DNA of 64,000 nt, taken from a virus. Positions 55,361 to 62,873 of this stretch are shown piece by piece. The notes below the pieces were generated by a model. It had not been told where the DNA came from. It saw nothing but the letters and a program-made list of their open reading frames with translations, and searched no databases. Each line of letters opens with the position of its first letter. Position 1 is the first letter of the stretch. Both the position numbers and the translations under genes were made by a program. The stretch is taken from positions 36,705-100,704 of IMG/VR virus record IMGVR_UViG_3300025010_000005; one strand, given 5' to 3'.

Positions 55361-55498
55361 CCTTTTTGTTGGAGAAGCAATGAATATAAAAGAAATATTT
55401 GAAAAAGCAAATAATAAGATTAATGAGTTACAACAAATGGATAAAAGAAAACTTATTATAGTTGAGAATGGAAATGGTTGTTATTCAATAAAAATTTT

Positions 55499-55569
55499 GC
55501 GGTATTAATCTAATGGTAAAATGCTAGTTTTCCAAACTGGACATGAGAGTTCGATTCTCTCATACCGCA
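55499..55569 (+). tRNA. tRNA-Gly(UCC)
   Basis: CTAGT-TTTCCAA-ACTGG. Confidence 0.88.
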
Positions 55570-55597
55570 CCTTTGCAGTAACTTAGTTTGCTGCCAT

Positions 55598-55668
55598 GCA
55601 GTAGTAATTAAATGGTAGAATGCAACGTTGCCAACGTTGATATGAAGGTTCGATTCCTTTCTATTGCA
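55598..55668 (+). tRNA. tRNA-Gly(GCC)
   Basis: CAACG-TTGCCAA-CGTTG. Confidence 0.88.
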
Positions 55669-55774
55669 CCTTTGGAGGAAACATGTTTGAATGTGATATT
55701 TATTTGGTTGACGATCTTGAGGAGGGAATGTTTCAAGATTGTGATGATGAAGAATATAATGAATGGTATTTATT

Positions 55775-55846
55775 GGGGGGTTAGTGCTAGTGGTAACACA
55801 CAAGTCCTGCAAACTTGAATCAGGGGTTCGACTCCCCTACCTTCCA
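55775..55846 (+). tRNA. tRNA-Ala(UGC)
   Basis: CAAGT-CCTGCAA-ACTTG; G3:U70. Confidence 0.88.
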
Positions 55847-55851
55847 CCTGT

Positions 55852-55926
55852 GAGTATGATGCCGATGTTGGTAAAGGCCACAGTCTGCAAAACTGTGTTA
55901 CGAAGGTTCGATTCCTTTCATACTCT
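55852..55926 (+). tRNA. tRNA-Cys(GCA)
   Basis: ACAGT-CTGCAAA-ACTGT; U73. Confidence 0.9.
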
Positions 55927-55931
55927 CCTAT

Positions 55932-56004
55932 GGCCGATTGGCGCAATTGGTAGCGCAAGTTCCCTACAAGAACGAGGTTGAAGGTTCGAGTCCTTCATTG
56001 GTCA
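55932..56004 (+). tRNA. tRNA-Val(UAC)
   Basis: GTTC-CCTACAA-GAAC. Confidence 0.85.
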
Positions 56005-56008
56005 CTAT

Positions 56009-56082
56009 GTTGGTGTAACTTAATGGAAAGTAACTGTCTCTTAAACAGTTCGATGGTGGTTCAAACCCACTCACCAATACCA
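56009..56082 (+). tRNA. tRNA-Lys(CUU)
   Basis: ACTGT-CTCTTAA-ACAGT; encoded CCA. Confidence 0.88.
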
Positions 56083-56083
56083 T

Positions 56084-56156
56084 GGGCGCGTAATTCAATG
56101 GCTAGAATAACAGTCTTTTAAACTGTGAAATGGGGGTTCGAATCCTCTCACGCCCA
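56084..56156 (+). tRNA. tRNA-Lys(UUU)
   Basis: ACAGT-CTTTTAA-ACTGT. Confidence 0.9.
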
Positions 56157-56253
56157 CCTTGAAAACTCATGATCAGACCATAGATCCCTCGGAGAGTATA
56201 CGCTCCATATGGCCATCAAAGGCGTCTAAAGAGGATAATTGAGTTTTCATCCC

Positions 56254-56326
56254 GCCGATATATTCGAATGGCAGAGAAGTCAGTTTCAAAAACTGAAATT
56301 TGTCGGTTCAAGTCCGACTATCGGCA
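56254..56326 (+). tRNA. tRNA-Leu(CAA), short variable loop
   Basis: TCAGT-TTCAAAA-ACTGA. Confidence 0.85.
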
Positions 56327-56330
56327 CCTT

Positions 56331-56417
56331 GGAACATTGACAGAGTTTGGTATTGTACCTGATTGCTAATCAGTGGTCAACAGAAATGTTGCGTTGGTTC
56401 AAATCCAACATGTTCCG
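56331..56417 (+). tRNA. tRNA-Ser(GCU)
   Basis: TTGCTAA loop; long variable arm; G73. Confidence 0.9.
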
Positions 56418-56426
56418 CCTTTTTTT

Positions 56427-56510
56427 GGAGTGTGTCCGGGTGGTGAGGAAGCTGTCTTGAAAACAGTTGGTTATAATGACTTGTGGGTTCGAATCCTATG
56501 CACTCCGCCA
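56427..56510 (+). tRNA. tRNA-Ser(UGA)
   Basis: GCTGT-CTTGAAA-ACAGT; variable arm; CCA. Confidence 0.88.
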
Positions 56511-56515
56511 AATTT

Positions 56516-56597
56516 GCGTCTGTAGCCTAATGGTATGGCAGCGGTCTCCAAAACCGTGTTGGAAACGACAATGAAGGTTCGACTCCTTCCAGATGCG
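56516..56597 (+). tRNA. tRNA-Trp(CCA) with long variable arm
   Basis: GCGGT-CTCCAAA-ACCGT; 15-nt variable region; G73. Confidence 0.85.
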
Positions 56598-56601
56598 CCT
56601 C

Positions 56602-56628
56602 GCCCCTCTTTTTGAGGGGCTTTTTTTT
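56602..56628 (+). terminator. terminator of tRNA cluster
   Basis: GCCCCTC-ttttt-GAGGGGC then T8. Confidence 0.9.
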
Positions 56629-56633
56629 GTATC

Positions 56634-56662
56634 TTGACAACTAGATGTAATTATGCTATACT
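56634..56662 (+). promoter_or_regulatory. sigma70/sigmaA promoter
   Basis: TTGACA-17 nt-TATACT with TG. Confidence 0.8.
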
Positions 56663-56694
56663 GTTATATGTAATTGAGAAAGGAAAAAAAAAGA

Positions 56695-56916
56695 ATGACA
56701 CCTATTTGTGAAATATGCGGTTGTGAATTAGAAATTGTCGATGGAAAGGTTATGCCTTGTTCTAATTATGGTTGTCCCGGCGTACAATATGCATTACCAC
56801 ATAAAGAAAAAGTCAAGCATCCTTCTGGTGGAACCAAAAAACCAATGAATATGGTTAGACAAGATAGACGAAAGAAAAATAAATCTGCAAGAAAGGCAAG
56901 AAGAAAAAATGCTTAG
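56695..56916 (+). CDS. small zinc-binding basic protein
   Basis: AAAGGA SD; CxxC...CxxxxC and Arg/Lys-rich tail. Confidence 0.65.
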   Translation: MTPICEICGCELEIVDGKVMPCSNYGCPGVQYALPHKEKVKHPSGGTKKPMNMVRQDRRKKNKSARKARRKNA

Positions 56917-57214
56917 AAAATTTTTATTGTATGTTCTACCGTATAAATTGGTTGTATGGCTAACCAAAACTCGTTGTGCTGGATCTGCTTTAATTGGAAA
57001 ATATGACAGCAGAGGTACGGAAAAACAATACAAAATTTGGTTTATTGATGAAGACAACTTATTATTACAACGAGAATGGGAAATCAATAAAACAGAAAAA
57101 CAAAAGAAAAAAGAACAAAGTAATTTGGAAAGAAAATTAAATAAAGCAGAGAGAAAATCAAATAAAAGTCATAGAGAATATTTGATGCTCAAAAACAAGG
57201 CGGAGAAAGGATAA
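56909..57214 (+). CDS. hypothetical protein
   Basis: operon packing. Confidence 0.65.
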   Translation: MLRKFLLYVLPYKLVVWLTKTRCAGSALIGKYDSRGTEKQYKIWFIDEDNLLLQREWEINKTEKQKKKEQSNLERKLNKAERKSNKSHREYLMLKNKAEKG

Positions 57215-57219
57215 ATCTT

Positions 57220-57582
57220 ATGTCTCGTTCTTATCAACACAAGCCAATCATTTGTTGGGTTTCTTGTGCGTCTGAAAAGAAGGACAAAAAGGAATGGCAT
57301 TCCAAAATGCGTTGTCATGTTAGAAACGAGATTTTTAAACAAACCAGAGATGATGAATATGAAATTCTTCACCCTCACGAGAACCTTGTTGGAAATCCAT
57401 GGTCAATGGGAAAAGATGGTGGAAGACATTGGGTTAATAACGTTAGAAAACAAAGAATTATTGATTGGCATATTAAAAGATATAATCGAAAGGCTTTAAC
57501 GGGAAGAGAGTCTTATTTTCTTGATAACCATAAACTAAAGAAATATCGTGACTTGAGATATATGAAACAAAGGAAAATTTAA
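57220..57582 (+). CDS. hypothetical basic protein
   Basis: AAAGGA SD. Confidence 0.7.
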   Translation: MSRSYQHKPIICWVSCASEKKDKKEWHSKMRCHVRNEIFKQTRDDEYEILHPHENLVGNPWSMGKDGGRHWVNNVRKQRIIDWHIKRYNRKALTGRESYFLDNHKLKKYRDLRYMKQRKI

Positions 57583-57588
57583 TGAAAT

Positions 57589-57780
57589 TTGAAGTTAAGA
57601 AATAGACATTCACAAAAACCAGAGGAAGTTATAAATCGTATCGAATTAATGTACCCAGATTTCAAAAAGATTGAATTATTTTGTCGTTATCCAAGAGAAA
57701 ATTGGAGATGTATTGGAAATGAAATAACTGGAAATGATATTAGAATGGATTTAAAATTAGTGTCGTTAGCAAAGGAGTAA
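57589..57780 (+). pseudogene. C-terminal fragment of an MT-A70-family adenine methyltransferase
   Basis: HSQKP...IE.....KIELFCR....NW...GNE matches the MT-A70 C-terminus; no DPPW half upstream. Confidence 0.7.
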
Positions 57781-57782
57781 AA

Positions 57783-58565
57783 GTGAAGTTAGAAGATTTA
57801 TTTAGTGCAACACCTTCAAAACGTGAATATGAAAAACCAAAAGATATTTTAATTCCAATCATTCAGGACATTCTTGAAAAAGAAAACCTTATTGAGTATG
57901 AAGCAAAAGACGAACCAATTTTTAGGGCATCTGGAATTGGTTATTGCGAACGAGCTACTTTATATAAGATGCAAGGTTATCAAGATATTAAGAAATTCAA
58001 TGAAGTTTGTATGTTAAATCTTGGAACCGCAATGCATGAAGTGTTACAGGGATACTTAAAGAAAGTTCCAGGTTTGGTTTTATCAATGGAAGATGAACTT
58101 AAATCTGACGAAATGCCTGTTACCGCACATCAAGATGGCGTTCTTAACATTAACGGTAAAAAATATCTTCTTGAAATTAAAACGTGTAATGTGACCGCTT
58201 TCCAGATTCTAACAATGTATCCAAAACCTTATAACAGTCATAAAAATCAAGTAACTATGTATATGAAGATGTTGGGAGTTACAGACACAATCTTTTTATA
58301 TGTAAACAGAAACGCAATGTTTACACCAGAATTTGATAAAGAATACAAAGGACATACTTTTAATCCTGTATTTCTTGAAATTCATTATAAATTCGATGAT
58401 AATTTATATAGCGAAATAAAAGATAAAGTTTCTTCAATGATTGAACATTTTACAAACGGAACAATGCCTTTATATGAAAAAAGATTAAGTGAATGTGGTC
58501 GTTGTCAATTCTTGGAGCAATGCAAATTAGATAGAAAAGAGGATAGAAAACGTGAAAAAAATTAA
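57783..58565 (+). CDS. Cas4-like PD-(D/E)XK exonuclease
   Basis: ASGIGYC, GTAMH, DG..EIKT, QVTMY, C-terminal CxxC..C. Confidence 0.88.
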   Translation: MKLEDLFSATPSKREYEKPKDILIPIIQDILEKENLIEYEAKDEPIFRASGIGYCERATLYKMQGYQDIKKFNEVCMLNLGTAMHEVLQGYLKKVPGLVLSMEDELKSDEMPVTAHQDGVLNINGKKYLLEIKTCNVTAFQILTMYPKPYNSHKNQVTMYMKMLGVTDTIFLYVNRNAMFTPEFDKEYKGHTFNPVFLEIHYKFDDNLYSEIKDKVSSMIEHFTNGTMPLYEKRLSECGRCQFLEQCKLDRKEDRKREKN

Positions 58566-59289
58566 ATTATCTAACTCACATTTAATGGCTTTTGTGGATG
58601 ACGATAAGTTTGAAGAATTAAATAAATATAAATGGTGTTTAAACTCTAATGGATATATTATTAGAAGTAAAATAAAATCTGATCCAGAAAATTATCCAAA
58701 AACAATTTATATGCATAGACAAATAATGAATGTTATTATAAACAGCAAATATATTTGTATAGATCATATCAATCATATTATATGCGATAACACAGCATGT
58801 AATTTGAGAAAATGTAATAAAGCAGAAAATAGTAGAAACAAAAATTTATGCGTTGTAAAAAATACAAATTCTAAATTTAAAGGTGTTAAGTATAACGTTG
58901 GATCAAAAAAATGGTTCGGAAGAATTAAATTTGAAAATAAAATGATTCACATTGGAAGTTTTGAAACAGATATTGAGGCAGCCTTGGCATATGACCAAAT
59001 GGCAAGATATTTATATAAAGATTTTTCAAGCCCTAATTTTAAAAATAAAAATGAAAAAATTATTGATGTTGAAAAAGTTTTACATAAAAAAGAATTTATG
59101 AGTTCTAAATATCATGGCGTATACTGGAATAAAAGTAATAAAAATTGGGGCGCAGGAATTAGAATTAATAATAAAGGAAAATACCTTGGATCGTTTTCGA
59201 GTGAAATAGAGGCAGCAAAATGTGTTGATAACTTTATCATTGAAAATAAATTAGACAGAAAACTAAATTTTGAAAGAAAGAATCTATAA
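58552..59289 (+). CDS. HNH-AP2-AP2 homing endonuclease
   Basis: MHRQI, DHINH, two AP2 repeats; paralog of 39182 and 47003 genes. Confidence 0.9.
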   Translation: MKKIKLSNSHLMAFVDDDKFEELNKYKWCLNSNGYIIRSKIKSDPENYPKTIYMHRQIMNVIINSKYICIDHINHIICDNTACNLRKCNKAENSRNKNLCVVKNTNSKFKGVKYNVGSKKWFGRIKFENKMIHIGSFETDIEAALAYDQMARYLYKDFSSPNFKNKNEKIIDVEKVLHKKEFMSSKYHGVYWNKSNKNWGAGIRINNKGKYLGSFSSEIEAAKCVDNFIIENKLDRKLNFERKNL

Positions 59290-59333
59290 TAATTTCTGTA
59301 GCGGTGCAGGATATTTTTAGAAAGGCCAACGAT

Positions 59334-60086
59334 ATGAGTGGCAAACGCAGCAAGAAAGTTCAAATTCAAAAAGATATTTATATGGAGCAAGAAGATCAAA
59401 AAAATCTTCCACTAAGCAAAGTTGGTGTTGAACAATTACGGTTGATTAATAAACTAAAATATAAAAATGATAACCAGAAGTTGGCCTGTGAAGTTATTGA
59501 TAACAACGTTTTAACCTTCCTTGGTGGCCCTGCTGGATCAGCAAAGTCATTTCTTGCCGTTGCAAAAGCTGTTGCGGCACTTAAAGAAGGAAAAGTTAGA
59601 AAGATTTATCTTTCAAGACCAGTCGTTGAAGCAGGTACTACATTAGGTTTCCTTCCTGGTGGTCTTAATGATAAACTTGAGCCATACATTCGTCCTATTT
59701 ATGATTGTCTTGAATATTTCGTTGGTTCAGAGGGTGTTGCAAAGTTAATCGAGTCTAAGATTATTGAAGTTGTTCCAATCACAATGATGAGAGGTAGAAC
59801 ACTTTCTGATGCTTTCATTATCCTTGATGAAATGCAAAATGCTTCAAAAGAACAGCTTAAACTAGCATTAACTCGTATTGGCTTCGGTTCACAATGTTGT
59901 GTTACTTATGACTTCGCTCAATGTGATATTTCTAAGTCTGTAAGTTGTGTAAATGACATTCTTAATTTTGAAGGTGCAAAAGATGTTGGTTTCTTCAAGT
60001 TTAAGAATGAAGATATTTGTAGAGCAGAAATCGTTAAAACTGTTTTGGAGGTTTACAAACAACATGAAGAAGATTCAAAAAACTGA
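59334..60086 (+). CDS. phoH: PhoH-like ATPase
   Basis: GPAGSAKS, SRPVVE, LGFLPG, MRGRTL, ILDEMQN, LTRIG. Confidence 0.95.
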   Translation: MSGKRSKKVQIQKDIYMEQEDQKNLPLSKVGVEQLRLINKLKYKNDNQKLACEVIDNNVLTFLGGPAGSAKSFLAVAKAVAALKEGKVRKIYLSRPVVEAGTTLGFLPGGLNDKLEPYIRPIYDCLEYFVGSEGVAKLIESKIIEVVPITMMRGRTLSDAFIILDEMQNASKEQLKLALTRIGFGSQCCVTYDFAQCDISKSVSCVNDILNFEGAKDVGFFKFKNEDICRAEIVKTVLEVYKQHEEDSKN

Positions 60087-60315
60087 GTTTATACACGATA
60101 CCAATAAAGACGTATATTTGTTTAAAAATGAAAACGGTAATTTTGTTATTAATTCGAGTCAATATACAACAACATCATTAGCAGAATTAAAGGATTTAAT
60201 TTTAGATATTTTATCAGAAGAAGATCCAAATTTAGCGACATTAAAGGAAATTAAACCTCCTGTGGCTTTGCCAAAAATTCAGCAAGTCAATAAACCTCCA
60301 CTTTGGGTTGGATAA
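60064..60315 (+). CDS. hypothetical protein
   Basis: GGAGG SD before an internal ATG (MKKIQKTEF...), start approximate. Confidence 0.6.
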   Translation: MKKIQKTEFIHDTNKDVYLFKNENGNFVINSSQYTTTSLAELKDLILDILSEEDPNLATLKEIKPPVALPKIQQVNKPPLWVG

Positions 60316-60328
60316 CACCTTCAATATT

Positions 60329-60354
60329 AAAAGCCCCCGAAAGGGGGCTTTTTT
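60329..60354 (+). terminator. intrinsic terminator
   Basis: AAAAGCCCCC-gaaa-GGGGGCTTTT. Confidence 0.85.
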
Positions 60355-60393
60355 GTGTCTATAATAATTATTAGAATTAGAAAGGACACAATA

Positions 60394-60831
60394 ATGAAAG
60401 TGTTAGTAATCGATCCGGCACTAACTATTTATAGTTATACAATATTTGAAGATGATAAGGTAATTTTTTATAAGACGATTGACTTGACAAAAGGAAAAAA
60501 GAAGCTAACTCAAGAGTCCAGACTTTGGGCTATATTTGAGGAATTGACAAATAACAAGTTATGTGATACAATAGATTTGATGATTGTGGAACGTCAATTT
60601 GTTGATATAATGGGTCAAATAGTCGGAGCCATTAGAGCATTTGCTGGAAAAACAGATATTAAAACTATTATGATGGTTCCATCTTCTTGGAGAAAGAAAC
60701 TTACTGGAAAAGGAAATGCAAGCGAAGATCTTGTATTAGAAACTGTAAAGAAAGTTTATGACGTTGAGGGATTATCAGAGCATGATATCGATTGTTTGGC
60801 CATGTATTTGGCCTGGAAAAATGGTAAATAA
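60394..60831 (+). CDS. RuvC-like Holliday junction resolvase
   Basis: VLVIDP, MIVE, PSSWRK..GKGNA, HDIDCLA. Confidence 0.85.
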   Translation: MKVLVIDPALTIYSYTIFEDDKVIFYKTIDLTKGKKKLTQESRLWAIFEELTNNKLCDTIDLMIVERQFVDIMGQIVGAIRAFAGKTDIKTIMMVPSSWRKKLTGKGNASEDLVLETVKKVYDVEGLSEHDIDCLAMYLAWKNGK

Positions 60832-60833
60832 CA

Positions 60834-61121
60834 ATGACATTAAAATTAACAGAAGACGAGGTAAAAGCCGCCTCCGAAATTCTCGGGTTGTATCTTAAAG
60901 ACGAAACGTTTGAATATAATACAGAATATGAGAAAGCAAAAAACGAACATAAACTTTTAACTCAAATACAAGAAATTAATATCTATGTAGAATATTTAAC
61001 AATTGTTATTGATTATATTTATGATGCATTAAACGGTCTCAAAAAAATTCGTTATCAATTGCAAAATAAATCAATTCAATTATCAAGAGAATATTTAGAA
61101 GATTTATATAAAAAGGAGTGA
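60834..61121 (+). CDS. hypothetical helical protein
   Basis: operon packing. Confidence 0.65.
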   Translation: MTLKLTEDEVKAASEILGLYLKDETFEYNTEYEKAKNEHKLLTQIQEINIYVEYLTIVIDYIYDALNGLKKIRYQLQNKSIQLSREYLEDLYKKE

Positions 61122-61124
61122 TAA

Positions 61125-61475
61125 GTGTTAAACGAAATTAAACAAATCTGTAAAGACAAATCTTATTGCGAAATCAGAATGATTGATGATGAAATACTCT
61201 CTGGTTTTATTGTTCGTACAAGGGATGAATACTTTCATATTATTCAATTAGAACCAACGATTAGAAATGGTGAGTTAGATTTTGTTCAAGTAAAGGGTTG
61301 TTATACTTCTGATTATGTAACAAAAATAACGTTTGATATTTCTCATAGATTAGATCTAGAAGATTTTAAAACTGTTATGTGGATTCGAGATAATATTTTA
61401 TACAAAGAAAAAGAGATCGATAAGAAGAAAAAACTTCTTGAGAAAAAGGTTGACAAAAAGGTTAATATTAAATAA
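61125..61475 (+). CDS. hypothetical protein
   Basis: AAGGAG SD. Confidence 0.7.
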   Translation: MLNEIKQICKDKSYCEIRMIDDEILSGFIVRTRDEYFHIIQLEPTIRNGELDFVQVKGCYTSDYVTKITFDISHRLDLEDFKTVMWIRDNILYKEKEIDKKKKLLEKKVDKKVNIK

Positions 61476-61497
61476 CTTCATTAAGAAATGTAAAGTA

Positions 61498-61526
61498 TTG
61501 ACATCTATCAATATTTATGCTATCAT
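61498..61526 (+). promoter_or_regulatory. sigma70/sigmaA promoter
   Basis: TTGACA-17 nt-TATCAT with TG. Confidence 0.7.
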
Positions 61527-61559
61527 TGATAAATCAAGGGTAGCATTTTTTATGAGGAG

Positions 61560-61805
61560 TTGAAAGTGGCTAGTAAATCTTATCGTAAGAATGGAGTGAA
61601 GAAAGAATATAACGAAAGAAGTTATATTCATCTTTCAGAAATTACCCATCCTTCTGGAAGTGGTTTTGAAGAATCTATTAAGAATACGAGAGTGAGGAAC
61701 AATCGAACAAATGTATTTCTAAACGAACTAGATCACGATCAACTTGAATTGGAAATGGAATTATCGGAAAACGTTTTCCTAGATAATGTATATGAGGAGT
61801 GGTAA
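61560..61805 (+). CDS. hypothetical protein
   Basis: GAGGAG SD. Confidence 0.65.
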   Translation: MKVASKSYRKNGVKKEYNERSYIHLSEITHPSGSGFEESIKNTRVRNNRTNVFLNELDHDQLELEMELSENVFLDNVYEEW

Positions 61806-62188
61806 ATATGGTAATTACAGAAGATCTACTAAAGAAGTATCCCCTAGATCGTTGCGAGATTTCGGAGTTTAATACAAAGGTTGTTGGCACTTCATTCCGA
61901 GATGCAAAAGATATTGATGCAGTTGAAGACGATGATTGGGTTCTGATCGTACCAGAAATTGATAACCCTTACGATCCGTTCGCTTGTATGGTTATTCATG
62001 ATAAAACAAATGCTCATATTGGTTATTTGTCGAAAGTAAATTCAATTGGCTCCAATCTATCAGAAGAAGTTTGTAAGAACATTAAAAATGGTGATCTTTA
62101 CGTTGGAAAGGTAGAGACAACTGGCGGAACTCAAGGCAAAACCAAAGGACTTAATCTTAATATTCGCAGACTTCACATTAAAGGATAA
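61799..62188 (+). CDS. HIRAN domain protein
   Basis: VVGTSFR, PEIDNPYDPFA, HIGYL. Confidence 0.88.
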   Translation: MVNMVITEDLLKKYPLDRCEISEFNTKVVGTSFRDAKDIDAVEDDDWVLIVPEIDNPYDPFACMVIHDKTNAHIGYLSKVNSIGSNLSEEVCKNIKNGDLYVGKVETTGGTQGKTKGLNLNIRRLHIKG

Positions 62189-62191
62189 ATT

Positions 62192-62512
62192 ATGAAAGAA
62201 GCAGTAGAATATTTTCTAGCAGATCCAATTTCAAAAACTACAACCGATTATCGTTGTTTGCAAGTGACACTACTTTATAAGATTCTTCAACAATTGGAAA
62301 AATTAAATTTAAAGAATATTGAAGTAGATTACATGCCAATGGTTGAACTTATTGAACCTCATAAATCTGTTATGGAACAAATAAATGAAAAGATGAGTAA
62401 TGGAACTTTGTTTGCGTCAGAGGTAGAAAAAGATAGCATAAAACCCGCATCAAAAACTAAATCAAATTCAAAACCCAAACAAGTAAAGCAAACGAAAGCA
62501 AAAAAGAGGTAG
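62192..62512 (+). CDS. hypothetical protein
   Basis: AAAGGA SD. Confidence 0.65.
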   Translation: MKEAVEYFLADPISKTTTDYRCLQVTLLYKILQQLEKLNLKNIEVDYMPMVELIEPHKSVMEQINEKMSNGTLFASEVEKDSIKPASKTKSNSKPKQVKQTKAKKR

Positions 62513-62515
62513 AAA

Positions 62516-62788
62516 GTGACAGAAAAAATTACTTTCAAGGATTCAGAAGAAGCCATTGACGCCTATTTCAATGAGTTTATCGAATTTCCAACCAGAGAAA
62601 GTTGTAAAGAATTCTTCACTACTATTTGCAAAAACCATCCAAACGGCATTGATATAGAATATTTTGCATCTCTTTTTAAAAATTATCTTGCAGATTTAAC
62701 CATTCAGACAATGGTACAAAATGGTCTTATTAAGGAAGTTTGGAGCGAAGAAAAGGGGTTGTGTTATAAATCTTTAGCCGAAGATTAA
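62516..62788 (+). CDS. hypothetical protein
   Basis: GAGG SD. Confidence 0.65.
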   Translation: MTEKITFKDSEEAIDAYFNEFIEFPTRESCKEFFTTICKNHPNGIDIEYFASLFKNYLADLTIQTMVQNGLIKEVWSEEKGLCYKSLAED

Positions 62789-62829
62789 AATAATTCTTAC
62801 TCACGTTGCGCGGCACAATATCCGAACCT

Positions 62830-62856
62830 GAGCCTTCGTCGGAAGGCTCTTTTTTT
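62830..62856 (+). terminator. intrinsic terminator immediately upstream of the RNR gene
   Basis: GAGCCTTC-gtcg-GAAGGCTC then T7. Confidence 0.8.
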
Positions 62857-62873
62857 ATCTTTTGGAGGAAATT

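Noticed and set aside
54314-55981. ORF-track entries overlapping the tRNA cluster
   Set aside because: They are shadows of GC-richer tRNA genes and lack SD sequences.
57783-58565. Cas4 as part of a CRISPR system
   Set aside because: No repeat-spacer array or other cas genes seen; solo Cas4-like nucleases are common in phages.
62811-62826. NrdR box upstream of RNR
   Set aside because: Only the CACAATAT half matches; the palindromic second half is absent.
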